64,000 nucleotides of DNA from Gemmatimonadota bacterium (GCA_039591615.1 JBDHDH010000004.1:1825-65824); one strand, 5' to 3'. Numbered from the stretch's first letter, positions 27,693 to 37,355 are shown. Made by a program: numbers and translations. Notes: generated by a model not told the origin, from the sequence alone.

Positions 27693-30210
27693 GCGTGGCA
27701 CTCAATCCAAGCAGGTTGAGGAACACGCGATACGCCCCCGGCACACCGGCCGGCAGCGCACGGAAGAAGCTCAGGCCCGTGTAGATGTACGTTCCTTGGC
27801 CGTACCGAGCGACGAGCAGCGCTCCACGGACGGGCTCCCCGCCCGGGTCCGCCATCGCGAGGAGCGGCTCAAACGCAGCATCCCACGAGCGGGGGAAATA
27901 CAGTCCGCGTTCCTGCGGCCACCCCTGCCAATCCTCATCGTTGATCAGATTGGGACTCACGAACGCTGGATGGGTCCGATCGAGGATGCGCACCGGCGTC
28001 GTCTCGTCGGTAATGCGGTCGTGGGGGCGGGCGATTTCCAATGAATACGGCGCAAACCCGCCACGGACGAACTGGTATTGCTGATACTGCACGAGCACTA
28101 GCCCACCCCGCTCCACATACTCGAGCAGTCGATCATTGTGGCGCGCCAACGCGGAGTCTGCTTCGTACGCTCGGCTCCCGATGACGATCGCGTCGTACAG
28201 CGCCAGATCGTCACCGGCGAGATCCTGGGCGTCGAGAAGATCGAGTGGGACCCCAATGCCCCGTAACGCCTCCGGAACCCGGTCCGACGCCCCTCGCACG
28301 TACCCAACACGCCGAACGGTCGGCAACGTGATGGGTGCAATATGAATCGCTGCGCGCGCGGGGCGGAGCCACGACACCGGACGAATATGCGGGTACGTGA
28401 TGTCGTGGATGCCATGGTCGAACAGGCGCCCATCGCTGGTCCGCGCCACCACGCGTGCGGACACGGATTGCCGCTCCACACCGAGCGGACGTTCGACCGT
28501 GAACGCGTACGAGCGACGCTCGCCAAGTCGCTCGAGCCGGAACGGCTGGTCCTCGGGGACGGGCCATCCGTCGACGACGAACCGAAGAGACCCCGTGAGC
28601 GTATCGGGGACATTGGCCGTCAGCGTGACGCTGAGTGTCTTCGACCGCGGGCCGGCGCTGGACCACACGAGCGTCCGGGGGGCCACCCGCACATCGACTG
28701 CAGGCACGATGCGCAAGGGTCTGCGGATCTCGCCGACGGCCTGTTCCCGGAAACGATGGGTGATCTCTCGACTCAGGTGCACCGTCACACCGTCGATCTG
28801 CACGCGGGCCACCGCGGCCATGAGCGGCGGTCCGAACGGCAACCCGCGCTCCTCCGGACGGGCGGCGCTCCAGTCGTACAGCTCGCCACGCAAAGGAGCG
28901 GCGAGAAAGTAGGGCTGCGTCAGGGATGCAGTGGCGCTGACCCGATGAGTGGTGCGCAAGGTCTCCAACGTCCCTGGTTCGAGGCGCGCTCCCAAGAACG
29001 CCACCCGAGCGGAGGAGGCGGCTTCGCTCGCCGGGGCGATCTCGGCCCCCCGAGCCGGCAGCACCGTGATATCCTCGATGACCACCTCGAGCGGACCGCC
29101 GTTGTACAGGTCGACTCGCACGTCGAACGTCTGGCCGGGAACGAGGTCGGCGTGGGACGCCGTCGCGTCGAGCACGAGCCCCGCGGCGACGGTGAGCGCC
29201 TCCTCGAGCAATCGCCGTCGGTCGTCAGGTAGACCGTCGCGCCGCGCCCGTCGCAACGCCGCCAGCAGTGGTTGAACCGCATCGGCGAGTCGCTTTGGTG
29301 ACAACTCTGCTCGCAACGAGTCGCCAAACAGGGCGGCCCACGAGGTATCCCGCGGGATTCCGTCAAAGAGCCGTTGGTCAGCGCCGTGCTCGACCCGGCT
29401 CTCGAGCCGCGCGAAGCGCGTTCGCGCCGGACCTGTCGGTTGGAGCACACCGAAGTCCTGCGACCGGTGCTGGCTCCGGCTGGCCATGGCGATCTGATGG
29501 TGGGTCCTTCCACTCCGCGGGTCGAGGCCACCCGTTGGCAGCACGAGAGTCGTGGCAGCGGAGTCGAACCGGGTAGAGCGATACAGCTTGAGGGGCGTCC
29601 ACGGGGCGAGTCGTTCTTCACTGCCCAGCTCAGAGAAAGCCATTGAATCACCGGCGATGGCAAACGCGCGGCGGGCGAGCAGCGCCGATAGGCGATGTTG
29701 ACCGTGCCCGTCTCGCGCCGTGCCGGAGAAGGCCGCCACCATCACGTGCGGCCGGAAGCGGCGCACCACCCGCACGACGTCCTTCAAAACCGAATCGGGG
29801 AGCCAGTTTCGTTCCGTTTCGTCGAGCGACCGCGTATATCCGAAATCGAAGGCACGCGTAAAGAATTGATCGGCGCCGTCGATGGCCCGGGCTGCTTGCA
29901 GCTCTCGCGAGCGGAGCAGACCGAGGGCGATGCCGAGCTCAGAACCCAGGAGGTTTTGCCCCCCCTCGCCCCGGGAGAGGGAGAGATACGCTGACTCGGC
30001 ACCGAACCCCCGCTCCATGAGGGCGAGGAGGGCGGTGTCCTCGTCGTCCGGATGCGCGCCGACCACCAGCACCCGACGAGGCTCCGCGAGTCGCTGGAGC
30101 AGGGCGTCGAGGGTAACGATGCCACCCGTGGAGGGAGGTGCCAGCTGCGCGGTGATCGGTGAGCTCACGGCACCGAAGAGCCCGAAAAGAACCGTGACGC
30201 TACGCGGCAT
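27682..30210 (-). CDS. PIG-L/LmbE family deacetylase, secreted, with Ig-like and C-terminal glutamine amidotransferase-like domains
   Basis: AHPDDE, RGEGGQN, DFGY, HGQH, SRSQHRSQ; signal peptide from ATG 30210. Confidence 0.9.
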   Translation of the reverse strand: MPRSVTVLFGLFGAVSSPITAQLAPPSTGGIVTLDALLQRLAEPRRVLVVGAHPDDEDTALLALMERGFGAESAYLSLSRGEGGQNLLGSELGIALGLLRSRELQAARAIDGADQFFTRAFDFGYTRSLDETERNWLPDSVLKDVVRVVRRFRPHVMVAAFSGTARDGHGQHRLSALLARRAFAIAGDSMAFSELGSEERLAPWTPLKLYRSTRFDSAATTLVLPTGGLDPRSGRTHHQIAMASRSQHRSQDFGVLQPTGPARTRFARLESRVEHGADQRLFDGIPRDTSWAALFGDSLRAELSPKRLADAVQPLLAALRRARRDGLPDDRRRLLEEALTVAAGLVLDATASHADLVPGQTFDVRVDLYNGGPLEVVIEDITVLPARGAEIAPASEAASSARVAFLGARLEPGTLETLRTTHRVSATASLTQPYFLAAPLRGELYDWSAARPEERGLPFGPPLMAAVARVQIDGVTVHLSREITHRFREQAVGEIRRPLRIVPAVDVRVAPRTLVWSSAGPRSKTLSVTLTANVPDTLTGSLRFVVDGWPVPEDQPFRLERLGERRSYAFTVERPLGVERQSVSARVVARTSDGRLFDHGIHDITYPHIRPVSWLRPARAAIHIAPITLPTVRRVGYVRGASDRVPEALRGIGVPLDLLDAQDLAGDDLALYDAIVIGSRAYEADSALARHNDRLLEYVERGGLVLVQYQQYQFVRGGFAPYSLEIARPHDRITDETTPVRILDRTHPAFVSPNLINDEDWQGWPQERGLYFPRSWDAAFEPLLAMADPGGEPVRGALLVARYGQGTYIYTGLSFFRALPAGVPGAYRVFLNLLGLSATHAQ

Positions 30211-30853
30211 CACGGGCGACGACGATGCTCCGCAGGCGCTCTGCGCTCGGGTCGTCTTTTTCGGCGAACGGTCGCGGATGACCCCCGGCGTCCGGGACCA
30301 CGTGAGGACATACGAATTCGAGCCTCCGAGCCTGGATGCGGTCGTGCACCGCGTGCGTGCACACCGGCGCCGCCACCAGAATCTTGGCCGGATCCAGGGC
30401 ACGGACGGCCCTGGAGGCGGCCAGGACCTTCCACGGAGCGGTAACCGGGCCATCCACGAGGACGACCTCGGCACCTTCCACCATGCGGATGGGGCGGTGG
30501 CCGCGATAGAGGAGACGTTCTGTCTTCACGGCTCGCCGTGCTTTCTCAATGGCCTCCGTGAGGGCCCCCATGAGGCCGAAGCGGGGCTGAAACGCCGGAT
30601 CCAGCTCGGCGTCGGCGTCTTCCGCCACCGCACCGATGATGCCGAGTCCCGTCAACCGCACAAAAGAGGACACGATGACGTCGAACTCCGACCCCAGCAC
30701 CTTCGCTGCATGAAAGGCGATCTCCACGCCACGCGGCGTCACGCCAACCATGACGGCTGGCCGGGTCACGCGGCGGTACAGCCAGCGGCCCAGCTCGGCC
30801 CCAGCATGCGAGCGCGACTGAAAGAGCGGTGCGGGTGGCGGTGAGGAGGTCAT
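30200..30853 (-). CDS. Phosphoribosyltransferase-fold protein with degenerate PRPP loop
   Basis: FQSRSHAG.ELG N-terminus, V.AAPV strand; VVLVDGPVTAP where PRTs have VDDG.ATG. Confidence 0.65.
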   Translation of the reverse strand: MTSSPPPAPLFQSRSHAGAELGRWLYRRVTRPAVMVGVTPRGVEIAFHAAKVLGSEFDVIVSSFVRLTGLGIIGAVAEDADAELDPAFQPRFGLMGALTEAIEKARRAVKTERLLYRGHRPIRMVEGAEVVLVDGPVTAPWKVLAASRAVRALDPAKILVAAPVCTHAVHDRIQARRLEFVCPHVVPDAGGHPRPFAEKDDPSAERLRSIVVARDAA

Positions 30854-31165
30854 CGTGTCAAGCGAATTATAGCATGCACGCCAGCTGTCAGGTGCTGGGG
30901 GCAGTGGCAGGGGTGGCGACGGGGGATCGCCGGGATGCACGGCCCTCCACCCAGTCCTCACTGCTGGCAGCCGGGATACCCGTGCCCAACACGGCCGGCA
31001 CGCCACCCGACACCAGAAATCCGTAGCGCCGTGGCATGCGCTCTGCCATATTGATGAAGTGTGCGCTGGGACACGGCACGACCCGTCGTGGGTCAGCCAA
31101 TTGGGTCGCGTGACTCAAGGCTCTATGAAACTCTAAGGCACGAAGCGCGAAGGTCGGAAGATAGA

Positions 31166-33037
31166 ATGACATCGGCTGCACCGGCGAAGACGACGGGCGA
31201 GCGCCATGTCAGTGAACAGGAAGCTCGCCAGGTTGCTGAGGCTGCGCGCCAGACCGAGTGGACGGCGCCCAGCTTCATCCGCGAATTGTTTGATGGCAAG
31301 ATCCACCTCGACCTCGTCCATCCCTTCCCCCGCATCGACGAACGCGATCTCCAACGTGCCAGACCCTGGCTCGACGAGCTGGAGAAGTTCCTGCGAGAGA
31401 ACGTGGATGCAGAGAAGATCGACAACGAACACAAAGTCCCGCGTCACGTCATCGACGGACTGGCAAGACTGGGCTGTTTTGGCATCAAGATCCCGAGGGA
31501 ATATGGAGGCCTCGGATTCAACCAGTCGATCTACAATCGCGCGGTCTCCCTCGCGTCCAGCGCCGAGGGGTCGATCGGCGTGCTCCTCTCGGCGCACCAA
31601 TCCATCGGCGTCCCCCAGCCCCTCAAACTCTTCGGTACGCCCGAGCAGAAGAAGAAGTACTTTCCGCGCCTCGCCAATGGCGAGATCAGCGCCTTCGCGC
31701 TCACGGAACAGAGTGTGGGGAGTGACCCGGCGCGGATGAGCACTACTGCGGTGCCGGACGAGGACGGCAAGACCTACATCCTCAACGGCGAGAAGCTGTG
31801 GTGCACGAACGGCACCATCGCCGACATCATGGTGGTGATGGCCCGAACGGGAGAGCGCGGTATCACGGCCTTCATCGTCGAGGCGAACTGGCCGGGCGTG
31901 GAAGTCGTGCACCGCTGTCACTTCATGGGTCTCCACGGCATCGAGAACGGGGTCGTCCGCTTCACCAACGTGCGCGTGCCCAAGGAGAACATCCTCTGGG
32001 CAGAGGGGAAGGGACTCAAGCTCGCCCTCATCACGCTCAATACGGGCCGATTGACGCTCCCGGCTACCTCGGCAGCGGCCGCGAAGGCGTGCCTCGGTAT
32101 CGCCCGGCGGTTCTGCCAGGGGCGGGTCCAGTGGGGGCACCCTATCGGCAAACATGACGCGATCGCCCAAAAGCTGGGGCGCCTCGCGGCCACGACGTTC
32201 GCCATGGAAGCTGTTGCGGACCTTTCAGCTCTCATGGCCGATCAGGGCAAGTTCGATATCCGTCTCGAGGCCGCCACGGCCAAGATGTGGAACACCGAGC
32301 AGGGCTGGAAGCTCATCGACGACACGCTCCAGATCCGCAGTGGCCGTGGCTACGAGCGGTCCGAGAGCCTGCGGGCTCGCGGCGAGCGACCGGAGCCTAT
32401 CGAACGAATGATGCGCGATTTCCGCATCAACATGATCTTCGAAGGCTCCAGCGAGATCATGCGGCTCTTTATTGCACGCGAGGTGGTGGATACACATCTC
32501 AAAGTTGCGGGCGCCATCGCGGACCCGAAGACCTCGTTTGCGCAGAAGGTTCCCGCGTTCATCCGAGCCGGCCTCTACTACCTCTTCTGGTATCCAACTC
32601 GGTGGCTCGGCTGGGGCTGGTGGCCTCGCTACAATGAGTTCGGCAAGCTGGCCAGACACCTGCGCTATGTCAGCAGACGGTCGCGCCGCCTCGCCCGATC
32701 GCTATTCCACGCGATCGTCCGATTCGGCCCCAAGCTCGAGAGGCGTCAGTCGATCTTGTTCCGTCTGGTGGAGGTCGGTGCCGAGCTCTTTGCCATGACC
32801 GCCGCCTGTTCTCGCGCACAGATGCTCCAGACGAGCAAGGATCCCGAGGAGCGGGCGCGCGCGGCCGCGGCGATACATCTGGCCGACGCGTTCTGCCAGC
32901 TGGCCCGCCGTCGTATCGAGGAGCGCTTCGACCGCCTCTTCAACAACGACGACGTCGCGATGTACAAGACTGCCCAAAGGGTCATGGCGGACGAGGCCCG
33001 TTGGCTGGAAAAGGGCGATATCATCGAGCCGGCCTGA
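31166..33037 (+). CDS. Acyl-CoA dehydrogenase (ACAD9/VLCAD-like long form)
   Basis: IPREYGGLG, SAHQSIG, AFALTE..VGSD, NGEKLWCTNG, RDFRINMIFEGSSEI. Confidence 0.93.
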   Translation: MTSAAPAKTTGERHVSEQEARQVAEAARQTEWTAPSFIRELFDGKIHLDLVHPFPRIDERDLQRARPWLDELEKFLRENVDAEKIDNEHKVPRHVIDGLARLGCFGIKIPREYGGLGFNQSIYNRAVSLASSAEGSIGVLLSAHQSIGVPQPLKLFGTPEQKKKYFPRLANGEISAFALTEQSVGSDPARMSTTAVPDEDGKTYILNGEKLWCTNGTIADIMVVMARTGERGITAFIVEANWPGVEVVHRCHFMGLHGIENGVVRFTNVRVPKENILWAEGKGLKLALITLNTGRLTLPATSAAAAKACLGIARRFCQGRVQWGHPIGKHDAIAQKLGRLAATTFAMEAVADLSALMADQGKFDIRLEAATAKMWNTEQGWKLIDDTLQIRSGRGYERSESLRARGERPEPIERMMRDFRINMIFEGSSEIMRLFIAREVVDTHLKVAGAIADPKTSFAQKVPAFIRAGLYYLFWYPTRWLGWGWWPRYNEFGKLARHLRYVSRRSRRLARSLFHAIVRFGPKLERRQSILFRLVEVGAELFAMTAACSRAQMLQTSKDPEERARAAAAIHLADAFCQLARRRIEERFDRLFNNDDVAMYKTAQRVMADEARWLEKGDIIEPA

Positions 33038-33046
33038 AGGGCCGGC
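33028..33046. terminator. GC hairpin between convergent genes
   Basis: gccggcc-tgaag-ggccggc. Confidence 0.45.
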
Positions 33047-33052
33047 GCAAGC

Positions 33053-34327
33053 CTAAACCGCTTCAAGCGCCTGCTTCACGTCCGCGATGATGTCCTCATA
33101 GTGCTCTACCCCGACCGAAAGGCGAACCATCGACTGGCTGATTCCCATGCGCTGCTGTTCGTCGACGGGAACGTCTGCGTGGGTCATGGTAGCAGGATGT
33201 TCGGCAAGCGACTCGGTTCCGCCCAAACTCACCGCGAGCTTGATCAACTTGAGGGCGTTCAGAAAGTGAAATGCCGCTGGCTGTCCGCCGTCCACGCCAA
33301 ATGAGATCAGAGAGCCCGGCGCGGCGCATTGGCGGCGGTACATGTCGAACATCGGATGATCCTCGGTAAGTAGCCCGAGGTAGTTGACGTCACGCACCTT
33401 GGGGTGATCATTCAGGAAGTCGGCGACGTACCGCGCATTCTTCATCTGCGCGGTCATCCGCATCTTGAGTGTCTCGAGGCTCCGCAGCAGCAACCACCCA
33501 GTCCACGGCCCGGCCATCGTCCCCATGAACGTGCGCAGAGTACGCACGTGTTCGAGCACCTCCCGTGGGCCAAGAGCGGCCCCTGCAATCACGTCGCTGT
33601 GCCCACCGATGAACTTGGTAGCCGAGTAGAGCACGAGGTCCGCGCCGTGCTTGAGAGGATGCTGCCAGAGCGGGCCAAGGAAGGTGTTGTCCACCATGAC
33701 GATAGGTGGTCTCTCGCCGGCATGCAGCGTATGAATCAGATCCGCCGCCCCTTGAATATCCACTAGTGCGTTGGTGGGGTTGGCCGGCGTCTCCAAGAGT
33801 GCCGCAGTCACATGCCGACCGAAAACGCGCTCACGGAGAATGGGCCCGAACTCCGACACCGGTGCGCCGGCTGGAAACCCCACGGGGGTGACATCGAACC
33901 TGGGGAGGAAGTGCTTGATGAAATAGTCTGATCCACCATAGAGCGGCTCGCTGTGTATCACGACGTCACCGGGTCTGACGAAAGCCAGCAGGCTCGTCGC
34001 GATGGCTGCCATGCCGCTCTCGAAGACTGCTGCAGCCTCGGCGCCATCCCACAAGGTGAGGCGGTCCTCGAGGACCTCGAGGTCCGGATTGTTGAGGCGG
34101 CTATAGATGAGTCCCAGGTGCTCTCGCGGACCCTTTTCCCGAAGCCCGTACGCAATCTCGAAGAACGCTTTCCCTGCCTCGGCGCTCTCGAAGACGAACG
34201 TCGACGTTTGAAAGATCGGACACTTGATAGCACCTTCGGAGAGCATCGGGTCATACCCGTAGCTCATCATCAGGCTTTCAGGCCGTAATTCCTGGCCGGC
34301 GATCCGGGATTCTTTGTAGTCGGGCAC
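33053..34327 (-). CDS. Cys/Met metabolism PLP enzyme (cystathionine gamma-synthase family, methionine gamma-lyase-like)
   Basis: PIFQTSTF, YSRLNNP, SGMAAI, ETPANP, DNTF, SATKFIGGHSD (PLP Lys), AVSLGGTESL. Confidence 0.92.
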   Translation of the reverse strand: MPDYKESRIAGQELRPESLMMSYGYDPMLSEGAIKCPIFQTSTFVFESAEAGKAFFEIAYGLREKGPREHLGLIYSRLNNPDLEVLEDRLTLWDGAEAAAVFESGMAAIATSLLAFVRPGDVVIHSEPLYGGSDYFIKHFLPRFDVTPVGFPAGAPVSEFGPILRERVFGRHVTAALLETPANPTNALVDIQGAADLIHTLHAGERPPIVMVDNTFLGPLWQHPLKHGADLVLYSATKFIGGHSDVIAGAALGPREVLEHVRTLRTFMGTMAGPWTGWLLLRSLETLKMRMTAQMKNARYVADFLNDHPKVRDVNYLGLLTEDHPMFDMYRRQCAAPGSLISFGVDGGQPAAFHFLNALKLIKLAVSLGGTESLAEHPATMTHADVPVDEQQRMGISQSMVRLSVGVEHYEDIIADVKQALEAV

Positions 34328-34344
34328 GAGTGGCTCCTGGTGAT

Positions 34345-34530
34345 CTCGGCACGAGCCGAGCGCCGAAGCGGTGAGCAGCTGCGGCCTGAGCTGAAAAGGC
34401 CGGGTGAGCGTTCCGCATCCTGAGCGAGGTGCTAGGCCTTTCGGGCCCTACCACTCGCCACGCCTCGAATGGTCCTCACGCTCGACAGCAGGTACCCGCC
34501 TGGGCGGGCGCAATCTCAACCGCTGCCTTT
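34345..34530 (-). promoter_or_regulatory. Structured ~200-nt 5' leader of the Met-lyase gene (candidate cis-regulatory RNA)
   Basis: Four successive stems on the minus strand incl. a GAAA-capped hairpin; TTGACG-N17-CACGCT promoter-like element upstream. Confidence 0.4.
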
Positions 34531-34750
34531 CCCTAAGAGGAGCGTGCCGAGGGCAAGAGGTACCGTCAAGAGCCTATCCAGACTCTGAAGCGCCTTTCAC
34601 GACCGTTTTGGAAATGGCCCCGGGCGATGTCACGAGAATGGACGAGGACGTGGTATCTTTGGGGCTCGGGAACGAGGCAGGATCGCGTGGCGCGGAGGAG
34701 TGGGCCGTGATCGCGCACCGAAACGCGAACCGTGACGGAGGTTTTGTTTG

Positions 34751-35173
34751 ATGGCGAAAGCGACGCTGGCATGCCAATTCTGTGGCATTCTGAACAAGGT
34801 CGATCTCACACGACACAGCCACCAGCCGAAATGCGCCGAATGCGGAAAGCCGTTCCTGCTGGATCGACCGGTCAAGGTGGACGAGGAACACTTCGATACG
34901 ACGGTGCTCAGGGCGGAGGTGCCGGTCCTCGTCGACTTCTACGCCGATTGGTGCGGGCCCTGCCGGATCATGGCGCCGGTGCTTGATGAGATTGCGCGGG
35001 ACAACGCCGGTCGGTTGCTGGTAGCCAAAGTGGACACCGACCGCTCTCCCAAGATCAGCCAGCGCTACAACATTCGCTCGATTCCCTTCTTCGGGCGGTT
35101 CGAGAAGGGTGAGTTGGTCAGCACGGCCACTGGAGCCGTGGGCCGGAATGGGTTGAAGGATTTGGCAGCGTAG
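34751..35173 (+). CDS. trxC: Thioredoxin 2 with N-terminal zinc finger
   Basis: CQFC and CAEC Zn motif; WCGPC active site; SD GGAGG. Confidence 0.88.
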   Translation: MAKATLACQFCGILNKVDLTRHSHQPKCAECGKPFLLDRPVKVDEEHFDTTVLRAEVPVLVDFYADWCGPCRIMAPVLDEIARDNAGRLLVAKVDTDRSPKISQRYNIRSIPFFGRFEKGELVSTATGAVGRNGLKDLAA

Positions 35174-35247
35174 AAGGACGGCCGCCCGCATGGTGGATAG
35201 GGAGGTTCTCCCTCATCTAGACCACTCGAGTGACACCGTCGGCGCCC

Positions 35248-36540
35248 TTACACCGGAACGCCTGTCCGGATCACCTCCTCCATCACCTCGGCGAATCGAT
35301 CGACCTCCTCCAAAGTGGTATAGACATTCGGCGTCACCCGGATGCCGGTACAGGCAGGATGATTGATGGGCGTGACGATGATGCGCCGGGTCTTCCAGAG
35401 ATGCTCCACGATCTTGCCTGGCTCAATCCCTCCCACCGCGACGTTCGCCAGGCCACAGGACATGGCAGGGTCGAAGCTCGTATGGAGCTTCACTCCTGGC
35501 TGTCCGTCAAGGCGTTTCATCCAACGGTCCCGAAGAAACCGAAGTCGAGCTGCTTTCCGTTCCGAGCCGATGCCGTCGTGGAACGTGAGGGCCTCGGCGA
35601 TGGCGTTGTGGTTTGCGGCTGGATGTGTTCCGATCTCCTCGAACTTGCGGATGTCTCCCGTCATGGCGTCGGGCGCGGCCATCATCGGCCAAAGACCCTC
35701 GATCTTCTCTTTTCGCACATAGAGAAACCCCGTTCCGTGCGGCGCAAGCAGCCACTTGTGGAGGGACGTTCCGTAGTAGTCACAGTCCAGATCCGCATGC
35801 TTGAACGGGAAATGGCCAAAGGCGTGCGCACCGTCCACAATCGCTTCGATTCCACGTGACCGCGCCAGCTGGCAGATCTCCTTCACGGGGAAGATCTGGC
35901 CCGTGAGATTGGTGATGTGACAAAAAAGGATGACTCGAGTGCGCGGGGTGATGGCGCGCTCGAACCGATCAACCAGATCCAGCATGCTCGACGGAGGCGT
36001 GGGAAACGGAATCTTCGTGAGGACAATCCCATCCCGCCGAACGCGTTGATCCCACGTCGTCAACATCCGCGGGTAGTCCTGCTCGGTGGTGAGTACCTCG
36101 TCCCCGCGACGAAGATCGAGCCCAAGCTGGCAGATCTCGAGCGCCTCGCTGGCGTTCCGGGTGATGGCCATCTCCTCCGCATCGCATCCGAAGGCACGCG
36201 CCAGTCGCTGCCGCACGCTCTCAATCTGCGGTTCCAGCACCTGCCACATCGTGTACACCGGTGCCTGGTTCGAGAACTCGAGGTACCGTCGCATGGCATC
36301 CTGGACGACCTTGGGACTCGGGCACACTCCACCGTTGTTGAGATTCACGATGCTCCGGTCGACGGTGAAGGCCTCTTGAATCTCCCGCCAAAAATCCTCG
36401 TCGGTGGCGATCTCCTCCGGTGACCGCGAGGAGAGGAGCGCGCTCGCGGAGAATATCCGCTCGAGGCCGTCATCCCTGAGCGATGGGAGCGCTACGGCCG
36501 ATCCGAAAACCGAACGAACGAAATGGCGACGTGTGATCAC
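35248..36540 (-). CDS. Aminotransferase class V PLP enzyme (isopenicillin N epimerase/cysteine desulfurase-like), Tat-type signal
   Basis: N-terminal TRRHFV; LNNGG, TRNASE, DGAH, SLHKW (PLP Lys); start GTG 36540. Confidence 0.88.
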   Translation of the reverse strand: MITRRHFVRSVFGSAVALPSLRDDGLERIFSASALLSSRSPEEIATDEDFWREIQEAFTVDRSIVNLNNGGVCPSPKVVQDAMRRYLEFSNQAPVYTMWQVLEPQIESVRQRLARAFGCDAEEMAITRNASEALEICQLGLDLRRGDEVLTTEQDYPRMLTTWDQRVRRDGIVLTKIPFPTPPSSMLDLVDRFERAITPRTRVILFCHITNLTGQIFPVKEICQLARSRGIEAIVDGAHAFGHFPFKHADLDCDYYGTSLHKWLLAPHGTGFLYVRKEKIEGLWPMMAAPDAMTGDIRKFEEIGTHPAANHNAIAEALTFHDGIGSERKAARLRFLRDRWMKRLDGQPGVKLHTSFDPAMSCGLANVAVGGIEPGKIVEHLWKTRRIIVTPINHPACTGIRVTPNVYTTLEEVDRFAEVMEEVIRTGVPV

Positions 36541-36575
36541 AGGACGCTCCTGCGAGAGGTGCCTGGCCCAGAACC

Positions 36576-36631
36576 CAATGCTCAATGTTCAATGCTGAAT
36601 CTCCAATGTCCAATGTCAAATGCCCAACGCC
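36576..36631. repeat. Degenerate heptamer tandem repeat (CAATGYY x8)
   Basis: caatgct caatgtt caatgct gaatctc caatgtc caatgtc aaatgcc caacgcc. Confidence 0.85.
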
Positions 36632-36656
36632 GGATGCCGGATAGAGCGTTGAGTTT

Positions 36657-37355
36657 TCAGCCGTCTCGCCGGTCCCGCCACACGAGCGCCACGGAGCCGA
36701 CCACGGCAATCATCGCGAAGGCGAGCCACTGGATGGCGTAAGAGAGATGGGGACCGTCTGACAACTCGGGCACGGGGATGAGCCGTAATCCTGCGGGAGC
36801 CGATTCAGATTCGCCCGTGCGACGCAGGACGAGATCGAAGACGGGGTAGGGATACGCCACGCGCAAGGCACTCGGCATTGCCCGCCGCACGTAGCGGGGC
36901 CAGGCCGAGTCGGATGCCAACGTGAACCCGTTCGGCGGACCGCCATGCAGTAACACCCCAACCACCCGCGCAGCCCTCCGTTCGCCATAGCTCCGGAGGT
37001 CCACGGAACGGCCGTCTGGTGATGGTACCCACCCCCGCTCGACCAGGAAGGAGGATCCGTCGGCGAGCCTGAGCGGTGTGACGACATGGACGCCGGGCAC
37101 ACCGCGCATGCTTCGTCCCACCACGACGACCTGACGGGCGAAATCGAACCGGCCTTCGACGACGGCGCGGCGGAACGAGAGCGAGGAGTCGAGATGACGG
37201 TGAACGCCGACTTCGAGGGGACGGAGTGCGAGACGTGCCGCACGCTCGGCGTTGAGGGCTCGCCGCTCCTCGAGGCGCCGGAGTTGCCATAACCCGAGAC
37301 GGACGCAGACGACGGCGGTGATGAGCGCCACGACCAGGAGGCCGTACCGTCTCAC
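36657..37355 (-). CDS. SURF1 family protein
   Basis: LGLWQLRRL, LVERGWVP, HLSYAIQW; two terminal TM helices. Confidence 0.9.
   Translation of the reverse strand: MRRYGLLVVALITAVVCVRLGLWQLRRLEERRALNAERAARLALRPLEVGVHRHLDSSLSFRRAVVEGRFDFARQVVVVGRSMRGVPGVHVVTPLRLADGSSFLVERGWVPSPDGRSVDLRSYGERRAARVVGVLLHGGPPNGFTLASDSAWPRYVRRAMPSALRVAYPYPVFDLVLRRTGESESAPAGLRLIPVPELSDGPHLSYAIQWLAFAMIAVVGSVALVWRDRRDG

Noticed and set aside
34490-34545. ZTP-like CGCCUGGGC and SAH-like GAGGAGCG words on the plus strand
   Set aside because: Partner motifs (GACUGGCG; CCAGGCUC) are missing and orientation does not fit the downstream gene
5447-36631. Heptamer arrays as CRISPR or transposon ends
   Set aside because: No spacers, no 23-47 bp repeats, no cas or transposase genes in the window
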